Assembly (NCBI GenBank): GCA_021780535.1
Contig: JAJXYN010000012.1
Location: 5,688-69,687 of the forward strand
Reading direction: 5' to 3'
Length of the DNA: 64,000 bases
From: a bacterium
GTDB taxonomy: Bacteria > Patescibacteriota > Patescibacteriia > JAGPKW01
Each line of letters starts with the position of its first letter. Within the stretch, counting starts at the first letter, position 1. Of the stretch, positions 37,846 to 48,116 are shown one piece after another. Made by a program: the position numbers and the translations under genes. The notes beneath the pieces were generated by a model. That model saw nothing but the letters and a program-made list of their open reading frames with translations, was not told the origin of the DNA and did no database searches.

Positions 37846-38463
37846 ATGATAGTTGTTGATGTTGAAACTACTGGTACGAATCCTTATAAACATTGTATAG
37901 TTAGTATTGGGGCTGTTGAATTTGAAAATCCTTCTAATACTTTTTATAGAGAATGTCAGATTTTCGAAGGAGCTGAAATTGATCTTACTGCTATGAGGGT
38001 GAATGGTTTTTCTATGGATGAAATAAGAGACCCGAATAAAAAAACTTTAGAACAAGTGATGAAAGAATTTTTGAATTGGTGTTCAAGTTTTTATAACAAG
38101 ACTATCATTGCTCATAATGCTGGATTTGATTTTGGTTTTTTGGAGCAATCTTGTAAACGATATAATATTTATTGGCAATTTGGTTTTAGATCTATTGATA
38201 TTCATACAACTTGTTATTTAGATATGATGGCTAAGAATATAGAGATACCAATGATGTATGGTACTAGTGGAATTAGTCTAAATAAAGTTCTTGAATATTG
38301 TGGTCTTCCAAGAGAACCAGAACCACATAATGCTTTAAATGGTGCTAAATATGAGACTGAGTCTATGCATAGACTTTTAGAAGGGAAGAGTGTTTATCCT
38401 GAGTTTACTTCTTTTAAGATACCGAATTATCTTATGAAAACTAAACAAGCTACTTTGTTTTAA
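37846..38463 (+). CDS. DEDDh 3'-5' exonuclease (DnaQ-like)
   Basis: VDVETTG, AHNAGFD, HNALNGA. Confidence 0.9.
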   Translation: MIVVDVETTGTNPYKHCIVSIGAVEFENPSNTFYRECQIFEGAEIDLTAMRVNGFSMDEIRDPNKKTLEQVMKEFLNWCSSFYNKTIIAHNAGFDFGFLEQSCKRYNIYWQFGFRSIDIHTTCYLDMMAKNIEIPMMYGTSGISLNKVLEYCGLPREPEPHNALNGAKYETESMHRLLEGKSVYPEFTSFKIPNYLMKTKQATLF

Positions 38464-38515
38464 GATAAAACAAAAAATACTGATTTAACTCAGTATTTTT
38501 TAGTTCTAAATAATA

Positions 38516-38848
38516 TTAGATTGTGAAGTTTTCGATTCCTTCTGTTGAAGGAGCTTTTTCTTCGTAAGCGTCTCTATCTTCATATCTTGGTCTTGAACCT
38601 TCTGGTTCAACAATTTTTAGATTAACTCTAGCATTGTTTTTTGCACCAACAATTTTTAACAAAGTTCTGATAGCTCTAGCTGTTTGGCCTTTTCTACCAA
38701 TAATTTGTCCCATGTCTTCTGGGTTTAAATTTAATGTAATTAACACACCCATTTCATCAATTGTTCTTTCCAACTTTATATCATCTGGGAATTGTACTAT
38801 TGACTTAACGATGAAATCAACAAATTCTAAATCTTTTTGATCTGACAT
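38516..38848 (-). CDS. khpA: KH-domain RNA-binding protein
   Basis: DMGQIIGRKGQTARAIRTLL; downstream of rpsP. Confidence 0.92.
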   Translation of the reverse strand: MSDQKDLEFVDFIVKSIVQFPDDIKLERTIDEMGVLITLNLNPEDMGQIIGRKGQTARAIRTLLKIVGAKNNARVNLKIVEPEGSRPRYEDRDAYEEKAPSTEGIENFTI

Positions 38849-39020
38849 ATTTTTATTCCTTATCGTTCTTATAATATTTTATTAAGAACTTTTATTAAAA
38901 TTAGTTAAATAAATAATAGATTAGTGTATAGCTGAAAGCGATTATTTTTGGTTTTGGCCGACCTTTTAAAAAAATCACTTTTAGCTTCCACTAATCTATT
39001 TGTAGTTGTCTATATTTAAG

Positions 39021-39422
39021 TTAAGCTTGAGGATTTTCTGTAGATTCTGTAGCTGGTTTTGCAGCTTCTTCGGCTTCTTTTGCTTCTTTTGCTTTTTTAG
39101 CTTCAGCTTCAGCCTTTTTCTTTGTTTCTTCTTTTGCTTTTTTTACTTTTGTAGGAATGTAGAAAGTTTTAACTTTTTTTCCTTCTATAACTCCATTTTT
39201 AACTAGGATGTTATTTACTGTTTCTGATGTCCCAGCTCCTTTTGATATCCAAAATTGAATTCTTTCTTTATTTAATTCAACTTTTTTATCTTTACTTGCA
39301 GGATGATAATGACCTAAGTATTCTAAAACTGATGAGTTTGTAGCCTTAGATTTCTCTGAAATAATCAATCTGTATGAAGGTTGACTTTTCTTACCAATTC
39401 TTTGTAGTCTGATTGTTAACAT
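39021..39422 (-). CDS. rpsP: 30S ribosomal protein S16
   Basis: MLTIRLQRIGKKSQPSYRL, LGHYHP, WISKGA; Ala/Lys/Glu-rich tail. Confidence 0.96.
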   Translation of the reverse strand: MLTIRLQRIGKKSQPSYRLIISEKSKATNSSVLEYLGHYHPASKDKKVELNKERIQFWISKGAGTSETVNNILVKNGVIEGKKVKTFYIPTKVKKAKEETKKKAEAEAKKAKEAKEAEEAAKPATESTENPQA

Positions 39423-39490
39423 GAATATCAGTTAATTAATAATTTAAATATTAATTAACATTGTACTATGTTTTTGAGCCGAAGTCAATA

Positions 39491-39610
39491 ATAAAAAACC
39501 AAAACTGAAAAAATCAAGAACCAAAACAAAACGAAAATATTTCTAGTTTTAAAATTTGGTTTTTAAAATTTGAATTTGTTTTGGTTTTTGGTTTTTTCAG
39601 TTTTTAATTT
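39491..39610. repeat. heptamer-periodic imperfect palindrome (AAAACCA/AAAACTG versus TGGTTTT/CAGTTTT)
   Basis: Direct 7-mer repeats on the left arm mirrored on the right arm; related to 32306-32361. Confidence 0.6.
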
Positions 39611-39750
39611 AAAATATTATTCATCTAACATAAGGTAAATTTCATGTCTAGTCTTTACATCTTTTATCTCCTATGGTATATTTTTTATATCGAACCAAGA
39701 ATATTGGTTTTTTATTATTACAAGATATTTAAAAGAAAGGTAAAAAAATT

Positions 39751-40221
39751 ATGCAAGGAATACAGAAACATTATGTATCTCAAGAAGGATATGATGAAAT
39801 TAAAAAAGATTTAGAATATAGAAAAATTGATTTAAGGAAAGAGATTTCTGACAGGATTAAAATTGCTAAAGATTTTGGTGATTTATCTGAAAATGCTGCC
39901 TATACTGAAGCAAGAGAAGCTCAAAATGATAATGAAGCAAAAATAAGAGAATTGGAAGATATTATTCTCACCGTTGAAGTTGTTAAAGCTGATAAAGGAA
40001 TAAATAAAATACAAATAGGTTCTAAATTTGTAGTTGAACTAAACGGAAAAGAAAATACTTATTATTTAGTTGGATCAACTGAAGCTGACCCTGCTACATT
40101 TAAAATTTCTAATGAATCTCCACTTGGTATGGTATTTTTAGGGAAAAAGGCTGGAGATGAAGCTGAGTTTAAGGGACCATCTGGGACTATTATGAAATTT
40201 AAAATCAAAAAAATTCTTTAA
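39751..40221 (+). CDS. greA: transcription elongation factor GreA
   Basis: AKDFGDLSENAAY, ISNESPLG. Confidence 0.96.
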   Translation: MQGIQKHYVSQEGYDEIKKDLEYRKIDLRKEISDRIKIAKDFGDLSENAAYTEAREAQNDNEAKIRELEDIILTVEVVKADKGINKIQIGSKFVVELNGKENTYYLVGSTEADPATFKISNESPLGMVFLGKKAGDEAEFKGPSGTIMKFKIKKIL

Positions 40222-40291
40222 AATTTCTTATGTGCTAGTAATTATGCTAAAAATCTTGGGGTTTCCTGAGATTTTTTATTTCTGTTAATAA

Positions 40292-40318
40292 TTAGCACTT
40301 GACACTTTAGAGTGCTAA
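40292..40318 (+). promoter_or_regulatory. CIRCE operator (HrcA site) overlapping the promoter TTGACA-17-TAAAAT
   Basis: TTAGCACTT-N9-GAGTGCTAA directly upstream of hrcA. Confidence 0.93.
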
Positions 40319-40350
40319 TAGTAAAATAATATTTAGGTAAGTATTTATTT

Positions 40351-41034
40351 ATGAAAAATTTAACAAATAGACAACGGGAATTATTAAAAATAATTATAGA
40401 AAATTATATAGATACAAGTATTCCGGTTGGTTCTAAACAAATAACAGAAAGATTAGATCTTAGTTCAGCTACTATACGTAACGAGATGGCTGAACTTGAA
40501 TCTTTTGGGTATTTAATTCAACCGCATATTTCTGCTGGTAGAATCCCCACAGAAGAAGCTTATGTGTTTTATGTTAATAATTTTTTACTAAACACTAAAA
40601 TATCTTCTTCAGATGAGGTTTTGTTGGCTGAAGTGCAAGATGAAAATCCAAGAGAGTACTATAAAAAAATAGCTAAAAAATTAGCTGAAATGTTAAATTT
40701 AGCTATAATAATATCTTTTTCTAAAAATGATATTTATTTTACTGGTATTTCTGGTCTTTTTACACAAACTGAATTTAAAAAAGATTTTGTTTGTCTGTCT
40801 GATTTTACGTCTTTACTTGATCATTTAGATGAAAAACATTCTTTTATTTTTGATCATCTAAAAAACGATATAAATATTAATATAGGTTTAGATAACCCTT
40901 TTTCTGAATTTTGCGGGTCTGTAATAATAAAATTTAATAATGGATATATTATGTCTGTTATTGGACCAATTAGAATGAATTATGCAAGAGTGTTAAATTG
41001 TTTAAATTATATTAAAAACAATTTTAAAATTTAA
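40351..41034 (+). CDS. hrcA: heat-inducible transcription repressor HrcA (short form)
   Basis: PVGSK, SSATIRNEMAELE, PHISAGRIPT, IGPIRMNY; CIRCE upstream. Confidence 0.94.
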   Translation: MKNLTNRQRELLKIIIENYIDTSIPVGSKQITERLDLSSATIRNEMAELESFGYLIQPHISAGRIPTEEAYVFYVNNFLLNTKISSSDEVLLAEVQDENPREYYKKIAKKLAEMLNLAIIISFSKNDIYFTGISGLFTQTEFKKDFVCLSDFTSLLDHLDEKHSFIFDHLKNDININIGLDNPFSEFCGSVIIKFNNGYIMSVIGPIRMNYARVLNCLNYIKNNFKI

Positions 41035-41054
41035 GAATTTAAGAATTTAAAAAT

Positions 41055-41573
41055 ATGAATGAAGAAGAAAAAGTTGAAGATCCGCTTTCGCAAGAAATTA
41101 TAGCGGAAGAAGAAAATAAAAAAAAAGAAGAAGCAATAAAGGAAGTTAATATAGATTATAAAGATATGGCATTAAGAGCTCTTGCAGACCTTGATAATTA
41201 TAAAAAAAGAAGTGAAGACGATAAACAAGAATTTAGAAAAATGGCTAATTTCAATGTAATATCTGAATTTTTGGATATTTACAATAATTTAAAACAGGCG
41301 GAAAGTTTTATTCCAGAAAATCAAAAGGAACTTGGTTGGGTAAAAGGAGTTATTATGATAACAACCCAGTTTAAAGAAAGATTTGGCCAATTTGGTTTGG
41401 AAGAATTTAATGTTTTAGGTGAAGTTTTTGATCATAATACCATGGAAGCTATATCTACTGATCAGGATAAATCAAAAAAGGAAGATATTGTTCTGAGGGA
41501 GATAAGTCCAGGTTTTAAAATGGGTGATAGAATAGTGCAACATGCGAGAGTAGTTGTGAATAAAATAAAATAA
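41055..41573 (+). CDS. grpE: nucleotide exchange factor GrpE
   Basis: RALADLDNYKKR, FDHNTMEA, GFKMGDRIVQHARVVV. Confidence 0.94.
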   Translation: MNEEEKVEDPLSQEIIAEEENKKKEEAIKEVNIDYKDMALRALADLDNYKKRSEDDKQEFRKMANFNVISEFLDIYNNLKQAESFIPENQKELGWVKGVIMITTQFKERFGQFGLEEFNVLGEVFDHNTMEAISTDQDKSKKEDIVLREISPGFKMGDRIVQHARVVVNKIK

Positions 41574-41650
41574 ATTTAAAAATTTGAAATATTTAATTAA
41601 TCTAATAAATACGTGAATTGATTTAATTTACGTATAAAGGAACTATTATT

Positions 41651-42079
41651 ATGTCTATTATAAAATATAATCCTTTTAATGAAGTAGAGAATCTTTGGGA
41701 TAATTTTTTTAATGATGATAAATTTATTCCTATGGCTTCAAGATCTATTCCTATGATGCCACCTATGGATGTTTACGATGACAAAGATAATGTTTATGTT
41801 GATGTTGCTTTGTCTGGTGTTGATCCAAAAGATGTAAATATAGAAATAGAAAATGGATTACTTTGTGTAAGTGGTAATGTTGAAAAGAAAACTGAAATTG
41901 ATGAGAAAAATTATTATAAAAAAGAAATAAGAAGAAGTGCTTTTTCTAGAAAAATTGCATTACCAAGTGAAGTTGATAGTGAAAAGGCTCAAGCTACTTA
42001 TACTAATGGAGTTTTAAAAATATCTGTTCCGAAGAAAAATGAAGCGAAGTCTAAAAAAATTGAAGTAAAAATAAAATAA
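41651..42079 (+). CDS. Hsp20/alpha-crystallin small heat-shock protein
   Basis: PPMDVYD, FSRKIALP, ATYTNGVLKISVPK. Confidence 0.93.
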   Translation: MSIIKYNPFNEVENLWDNFFNDDKFIPMASRSIPMMPPMDVYDDKDNVYVDVALSGVDPKDVNIEIENGLLCVSGNVEKKTEIDEKNYYKKEIRRSAFSRKIALPSEVDSEKAQATYTNGVLKISVPKKNEAKSKKIEVKIK

Positions 42080-42131
42080 AATAAAATATTATTTAAATTT
42101 AAATTAAAAATTAATTAAACATAAAAAATAT

Positions 42132-44051
42132 ATGGGAAAGATTCTTGGTATCGATTTAGGTACAACAAATTCATGTATGGCTATAATAGAGGGTGGTAAA
42201 TATACTATTTTGGAAAATAAAGAAGGTGCTAGAACTACTCCTTCTGTTGTTGCTGAAACAAAAACAGGAGAAAGAATAGTTGGGCAAGTTGCAAAAAGAC
42301 AATCGGTGACTAATCCTAAAAATACTCTTTATTCTGTAAAAAGACTTATTGGTAGAAAATATTCAGATGCATCAGTGACTCGTGATAAAGCATTGCTCCC
42401 TTATGAAATAAAACAAGGACCAAATGATTCTATAAAAGTTGTTATGAATGGTAAGGAATATGCTTCAGAAGAAATATCTGCTATGGTTTTGAGAAAATTA
42501 AAAGAAGATGCAGAAGCTAAACTTGGTGAAAAAATAACAGAAGCTGTTATCACTGTTCCTGCTTATTTTGATGATTCACAAAGACAAGCCACAAAAAATG
42601 CTGGTCAAATTGCTGGTCTTGAAGTTAAGAGAATTATTAATGAACCTACAGCTGCAGCTTTGGCATATGGTTTTAATAAGAATAAAAATGAGAAAATTTT
42701 AATTTATGATTTTGGTGGTGGTACTTTTGATGTTTCTGTTCTTGAAGTTGATGAAGTTGATGGAGAATTATCAGTAGAAGTTAAAGCTACTAATGGAGAT
42801 ACACATCTTGGTGGCGATGATCTTGATAATGCTATTATAAATTATTTAATAGCTGAATTTAAAAAAGAAAAAGGCGTTGATTTATCAAATGATCAAATGG
42901 CTGTTCAAAGATTAAAAGAAGCTGCTGAAAAATCTAAAATTGAGCTTTCTTCTTCTCTTGAATCTCAAATTTCATTACCATTTATTACAAATACATCTGC
43001 TGGTCCAGAACATATGGAAATGAGACTTACAAGAGCTAAACTTGAAGAGATAGCTTCTCCTTTTATTGAAAGGACAAAAGCTCCTGTTGAAAATGCTTTA
43101 AGAGATTCTGGTGTTTCTAAATCTGATATTGCTCAAATTGTTCTTGTTGGAGGACAAACTAGAATGCCTGCTATGATTAAATTCGTAGAAGATTATTTTG
43201 GCAAAAAAGCTAATGCTACTGTTAACCCTGATGAGGTGGTTGCTGCTGGTGCCGCTGTACAAGCTGGAGTTTTACAAGGTGATGTTAAAGATGTTTTGCT
43301 TCTTGATGTTACTCCATTAACTCTTGGAATTGAGACTATGGGTGGGATAAGAACTCCATTAATAGCAAGAAATACAACTATACCAACTTCTAAATCTCAA
43401 GTGTTTTCTACGGCTGTTGATAATCAACCATCTGTTGAAATTCATGTTTTGCAAGGTGAGAGAGAAATGGCTGCTGACAATAAAACACTTGGTAGATTTA
43501 CTTTAGATGGTATTATGTCTGCTCCAAGAGGAGTTCCTCAAATTGAGGTAACTTTTGATCTTGATGCAAACGGTATTTTAAATGTAAAAGCTAAAGATAA
43601 GGCTACAAATAAAGAACAACATATTACAATTACAGCTTCTACAACTCTTTCAAAGGAAGAAGTTGAAAAAATGGCTCATGAAGCAGAATTACATGCTGAA
43701 GAAGATAAAAAGAAAAAAGAGATTATTGAAATTAGAAACGAAGGAGAATCATTGATTTATCAAACAGAAAAAATGATGAAAGAAAATGATGCTAAATTTA
43801 CAGCTGATGATAAAACAAATCTTGAAGGAAGGATTAAAAACCTTAAAGATATCTTGGCCAAAACGGATGCAACTCATGATGAGATTAAAAAAGAGGTAAG
43901 TGCATTATCTGAAGAAGCCCAAAAGATTGGTACAAAAATGTATCAAAATCAACAACAAGCTCAACCTCAAGGTAATCCTGAAGCTTCACAAGAAGCTCCA
44001 AAAGCTGAAGAACAAGAAACCGTTAACGGAGAGTTTGAAGAAAAGAAGTAG
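42132..44051 (+). CDS. dnaK: chaperone DnaK
   Basis: [33 protein letters not shown]. Confidence 0.99.
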   Translation: MGKILGIDLGTTNSCMAIIEGGKYTILENKEGARTTPSVVAETKTGERIVGQVAKRQSVTNPKNTLYSVKRLIGRKYSDASVTRDKALLPYEIKQGPNDSIKVVMNGKEYASEEISAMVLRKLKEDAEAKLGEKITEAVITVPAYFDDSQRQATKNAGQIAGLEVKRIINEPTAAALAYGFNKNKNEKILIYDFGGGTFDVSVLEVDEVDGELSVEVKATNGDTHLGGDDLDNAIINYLIAEFKKEKGVDLSNDQMAVQRLKEAAEKSKIELSSSLESQISLPFITNTSAGPEHMEMRLTRAKLEEIASPFIERTKAPVENALRDSGVSKSDIAQIVLVGGQTRMPAMIKFVEDYFGKKANATVNPDEVVAAGAAVQAGVLQGDVKDVLLLDVTPLTLGIETMGGIRTPLIARNTTIPTSKSQVFSTAVDNQPSVEIHVLQGEREMAADNKTLGRFTLDGIMSAPRGVPQIEVTFDLDANGILNVKAKDKATNKEQHITITASTTLSKEEVEKMAHEAELHAEEDKKKKEIIEIRNEGESLIYQTEKMMKENDAKFTADDKTNLEGRIKNLKDILAKTDATHDEIKKEVSALSEEAQKIGTKMYQNQQQAQPQGNPEASQEAPKAEEQETVNGEFEEKK

Positions 44052-44167
44052 TTTTTAATTTAATTTTTTAAATTTATAAATAGTCTTTCAATAGACAGGA
44101 ATAATAATTTAGTTATTCCTGTTTGTTTGGTAGAATATTCATTATATAATTAATTGTTTCTAATATT

Positions 44168-45265
44168 ATGAAAGATTTACTTGGTGGTATTCCTGATTAT
44201 GTTAGTTCTCCTATGGAAAAAAAAATAAATTTTGAATTGTTTAGAGATTTACTTTCAGATAAATTTGGTTATGAAAATAATGTTATTTCTAATATTATTT
44301 TTAATATTAACCACAGTAATGAAAAAATAAAAAAAGAAGCTGAAAATAAAATAAGAAATTTAGACCAAAAAGATTTACCTGAAGTTGCTATTGTGAGTGC
44401 TAAAAAATTTTTTGATAGACTTTCTGTAGTTCAAAAATTTGGAGATAATAAAAATGATCCATTCTATATAACTTTAGAACAAATTGATTCTATTACTGAG
44501 TTAAATAATAATTCTAGAGCTATTTTATTGCAATGTTTAAATATCATTTTAAAAAGACAGCTAAAAAATAATTTTTCTAATTTAAATAAATTTATTGATG
44601 ATGATTTTAGGATTATTGTTGATTATGAAAAATTTGGGGAAGATGGTGTTAAAATAAAGCAAAAAACACAAGAACTTCATGAACAATTTAAAAATGATAA
44701 AAAAAATATAACAAACCCAGAATTATTTGAAATATTTAAAACTTGTGTTTTGAATGAATTTTTAGGAGAGAATAAATATTTAACTTCAAGAAGTTCTTTA
44801 TCTGACGATTATATATCTGGTGTTGATAATGTTATATTTAACACTGATACAAATAAAGTTATGTTTGCTTTTGATGAACTTGTGCAATATGGTGTTGATA
44901 GATTAGATGAAAAAGACGAAATTATAGAAAAAAGAAATAGGTTTGGTGGAGCTTTCCCTATGTTTATCCCAAAAAAAATTAATATAGATGGTGTTGATTA
45001 TATTGATATTGAATATAATAAAATAAAAGAAAAATATCCAATATTTTGTTTATATATTGATAAAGAAGAATTGTTAACTGGAATAAAATTAATAATAAAA
45101 AAATATTTATTAGATCAACAGGGAGATGATTACTCTTCTCAATTGAAAACCTTAAAAAATGCTTTTATGTTGAAGTTTAGGGAAGAAATTAAAAAACAAC
45201 AAAAATATATTGCTGATAAAAATAAATTGGCTGATATTAATGAATTTATAGAATTATTAAATTAA
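44168..45265 (+). CDS. hypothetical protein between dnaK and dnaJ
   Basis: 365-aa ORF; acidic motif DDYISGVDNV...FAFDE. Confidence 0.75.
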   Translation: MKDLLGGIPDYVSSPMEKKINFELFRDLLSDKFGYENNVISNIIFNINHSNEKIKKEAENKIRNLDQKDLPEVAIVSAKKFFDRLSVVQKFGDNKNDPFYITLEQIDSITELNNNSRAILLQCLNIILKRQLKNNFSNLNKFIDDDFRIIVDYEKFGEDGVKIKQKTQELHEQFKNDKKNITNPELFEIFKTCVLNEFLGENKYLTSRSSLSDDYISGVDNVIFNTDTNKVMFAFDELVQYGVDRLDEKDEIIEKRNRFGGAFPMFIPKKINIDGVDYIDIEYNKIKEKYPIFCLYIDKEELLTGIKLIIKKYLLDQQGDDYSSQLKTLKNAFMLKFREEIKKQQKYIADKNKLADINEFIELLN

Positions 45266-45273
45266 ATTAATTT

Positions 45274-46368
45274 ATGAGTAAAGATTATTATAAAATTTTG
45301 GGTGTTGAAAAATCAGCAACTGATGAAGATATTAAAAAAGCTTTTAGAAAATTAGCACATCAACATCATCCAGATAAAAGTGGTGGTGATGATTCTAAAT
45401 TTAAAGAAATAAATGAAGCTTATCAAACTCTTTCTGATAAAAATAAACGCGCTCAATACGATCAGTTTGGGTCTGGCTTTGAAAATATGGGTGGTTTTGG
45501 AGGTGGTCAAAGTGGGCAAGGTTTCGGAGGTTTTAGTGGTTTTAATGGACAGGGTGGTTTTTCTCAAGATTTTGATTTGGGAGATATATTTGGTGAATTT
45601 TTTGGCGGAGGATCTAGAAGATCATCTTCATCTTCTAAAACTAGATCAAAAAAGGGTACTGATATAGAAATTTCTTTAGATGTTGATTTTATGGAAGCTG
45701 TTTTTGGTACAACAAAAGAGATTTCTTTAAAAAGAATAGAAAAATGTAAACATTGTGGTGGGGCCGGTAATGAGCCTGGAACTAAGATTAATACTTGTAG
45801 TACTTGTTCTGGAAGAGGTACTGTTGATAGGATTGTTACAAGTTTTTTTGGTCAAATGAGGACTCAAATTACTTGTGAAAGTTGTGGAGGTAGTGGAAAA
45901 ATGTTTGAAAAGAAATGTACTCATTGTGATGGAGATGGAATTGTTACTTCTTCTAGTGATGTAAAGGTAAATGTTCCATCTGGCATAGATAATAATCAAA
46001 CATTAAGACTTTCTGATGAAGGAAATGTTGGCCAAAATGGTGGTGGTAATGGTGATCTTTATATAAATATTAGAGTAAAATCTCACAAATTATTTAAAAG
46101 AGAAGGGTATGATATTTTAACTAACATAGAAGTTTCTTTTCCTGAAGCTGCTCTTGGTTGTAAGAAAGATATTGAAACAATAAATGGTAAGTTTTCTTTA
46201 AAAATTCCATCTGGAATTCAATCCGGAACTATTATAAAACTTGATGATCAAGGTGTTAAAAAATTAGAAAGTAATAGTCATGGTGATCATTTGGTTACTG
46301 TTAAAGTTGTAACACCAAAACATTTGTCTGTTAAAGAGAAAAAAGTTTATGAAGATTTATTAAAATAA
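45274..46368 (+). CDS. dnaJ: chaperone DnaJ
   Basis: J domain HPD, G/F-rich region, four CxxCxGxG repeats. Confidence 0.98.
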   Translation: MSKDYYKILGVEKSATDEDIKKAFRKLAHQHHPDKSGGDDSKFKEINEAYQTLSDKNKRAQYDQFGSGFENMGGFGGGQSGQGFGGFSGFNGQGGFSQDFDLGDIFGEFFGGGSRRSSSSSKTRSKKGTDIEISLDVDFMEAVFGTTKEISLKRIEKCKHCGGAGNEPGTKINTCSTCSGRGTVDRIVTSFFGQMRTQITCESCGGSGKMFEKKCTHCDGDGIVTSSSDVKVNVPSGIDNNQTLRLSDEGNVGQNGGGNGDLYINIRVKSHKLFKREGYDILTNIEVSFPEAALGCKKDIETINGKFSLKIPSGIQSGTIIKLDDQGVKKLESNSHGDHLVTVKVVTPKHLSVKEKKVYEDLLK

Positions 46369-46410
46369 TTTATAAATAAAAAATCTCAGATTAATTTCTG
46401 AGATTTTTTA

Positions 46411-46761
46411 TCATGCCATCATTTTTTCTGCAACTTTTGCAAATATGACATGATTTTCTTTTGATAATTGAGATAATACTTTTCTATCTAAAAGAGAACC
46501 AGATTTTCTTACTTTATTCATGAATTTAGAATAGCTATAATCAGGGTTTACTATTTTTAATCCATTGTTGATAAGTATATTCCAAAGAGCTTTATTAGTT
46601 CTTTTCTTTTCTTTTCTTCCTTTGAAAGATTGAACTCCAGCGTGTAATATAGCTGTTTTAGCATAAGAAATAAGGTTTTTTCTTCCATATTGGAATCCTT
46701 TTACTCTTGCTAATATATTCTTTCTTCTTTTTAAATGATGCATTCCTCTTTTAACTCTCAT
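46411..46761 (-). CDS. rplT: 50S ribosomal protein L20
   Basis: MRVKRG, GRKEKKR...LW, YSKFM, LDRKVLSQL. Confidence 0.95.
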   Translation of the reverse strand: MRVKRGMHHLKRRKNILARVKGFQYGRKNLISYAKTAILHAGVQSFKGRKEKKRTNKALWNILINNGLKIVNPDYSYSKFMNKVRKSGSLLDRKVLSQLSKENHVIFAKVAEKMMA

Positions 46762-46817
46762 TGCTTTAAAATGTTATTTATTATTTATGAAAACCTATTT
46801 TGGTTAAATCTTGTATT

Positions 46818-47024
46818 TTATTTTTTGATATTTAAATATACTTTTAATGTTTTTGTTGAATCTACATCTTCATTAAAAGATGTATCTCTTCTTTTGTTTC
46901 TACTTTCTTTACCTGTATTTCTACCATTAAAATGACTTTGTCCAGGTTTTCTGCTTTTTACTTTTCCTGTTGGGGTAAGTGTAAATCTTTTAGATAGTTT
47001 TTTGTTTGACTTTAATTTAGGCAT
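46818..47024 (-). CDS. rpmI: 50S ribosomal protein L35
   Basis: MPKLKSNK...KRFTLTPTGK; lies between infC and rplT. Confidence 0.93.
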   Translation of the reverse strand: MPKLKSNKKLSKRFTLTPTGKVKSRKPGQSHFNGRNTGKESRNKRRDTSFNEDVDSTKTLKVYLNIKK

Positions 47025-47028
47025 AATA

Positions 47029-47556
47029 TTATTTTTTATATGATATTGTACAACTTAGTTTATTGTTTTTAAACTTTAACGGGTCCTCTATTATAACATT
47101 ATTTTGGTCTTTGTCTATATTAAGACTTGTTATAAATCCGTTAATGACATCTTTTGCTATATTTTGATATTGTAATTCTCTTCCTCTTAATTGCATCTCT
47201 ATTCTGATTTTGTAACCTTTAGAAAAGAATTTTAATGATTGATTAGCTTTTGTTTCTAGATCATGTTTACCAATATTTGGTGAAAGCTTAATTCCTTTTA
47301 TAACAACTTTACTTGTAGCTTTTTGTTGAGCTTTTACTTTTTGTTGTTCTTTGTATCTAAATTGATTAAAATTTAGAATTTTGCAAACAGGTGGGTTAGC
47401 AAGAGGTGAAACTTCTACTAAGTCAAGTTCAACAGCCTCAGCTTTTAATATAGCTTCTCTTGTGGGCATTTCTCCTATATTTACCCCAGTTTCGTCTATT
47501 ACGATTACTTTTTGTGCCCTAATTTCTTCATTAATTCTATATCTTTTTGTGCTCAC
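47029..47556 (-). CDS. infC: translation initiation factor IF-3
   Basis: RINEEIRA, LDLVEVSP..NPPVCKI, IGKHDL, LRGRE; GTG start with an in-frame TAA just upstream. Confidence 0.96.
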   Translation of the reverse strand: MSTKRYRINEEIRAQKVIVIDETGVNIGEMPTREAILKAEAVELDLVEVSPLANPPVCKILNFNQFRYKEQQKVKAQQKATSKVVIKGIKLSPNIGKHDLETKANQSLKFFSKGYKIRIEMQLRGRELQYQNIAKDVINGFITSLNIDKDQNNVIIEDPLKFKNNKLSCTISYKK

Positions 47557-47632
47557 TTTTTAATATTAGTATTTAGTAAACTAAATTTATAAAACCCACT
47601 CGGGAAAGAAATGTGTTTTGTTTTGTTTAGTT

Positions 47633-47980
47633 TGGTGGAGATGATGGGAGTTGCACCCATGTCTTAAATTCGCTTATAAAAGATGCAATTAGTTTGTTTT
47701 TCTTTTAGAGACAAACTAGTAGAAAACCTCTATTGTTCTAAGTTTTTATTTTAGAACGGTTTGTTTTGATTTCTTTATAATAAATTATAAAGATACGAAA
47801 TGCGAAAAAATATTGTCAGTAAAAACCTAGTTGGTACTAAGCGTTAACTGTTGCTAATTCTCTAACAGGAGCAAATAAATTTGCTACGAAAGAAGTAGCG
47901 TTTGAATATAAGTTTTTTGCGTTTGAATTTGTCTTTTCTTTTATAAGTATGTTTGAATCTAATCGAAGCTAAACATCCCC
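47633..47980 (-). ncRNA. ssrA: tmRNA; predicted tag (A)KNLYSNATSFVANLFAPVRELATVNA
   Basis: 5' GGGGATG and 3' CATCTCCACCA acceptor stem with G3:U70; T arm ATGGG-TGCAACT-CCCAT; helix 2 CTTATAAAAGA/TCTTTTATAAG; directly downstream of smpB. Confidence 0.95.
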
Positions 47981-48116
47981 ATACAAAACATAATCCAAAA
48001 ATGGATTAATCGCTAGTATTATACAGGATTTTTTTAATTTATGCAAGGGGAAAAGAAGGAAGAAATTTTAAAACAATATATATTTGCATTTTGTTGTTTC
48101 AGTTTTAAAATTAAGT

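Noticed and set aside
47585-47625. L20 leader upstream of infC
   Set aside because: Only a weak hairpin, which could equally be the tmRNA terminator. Leader consensus not recognisable.
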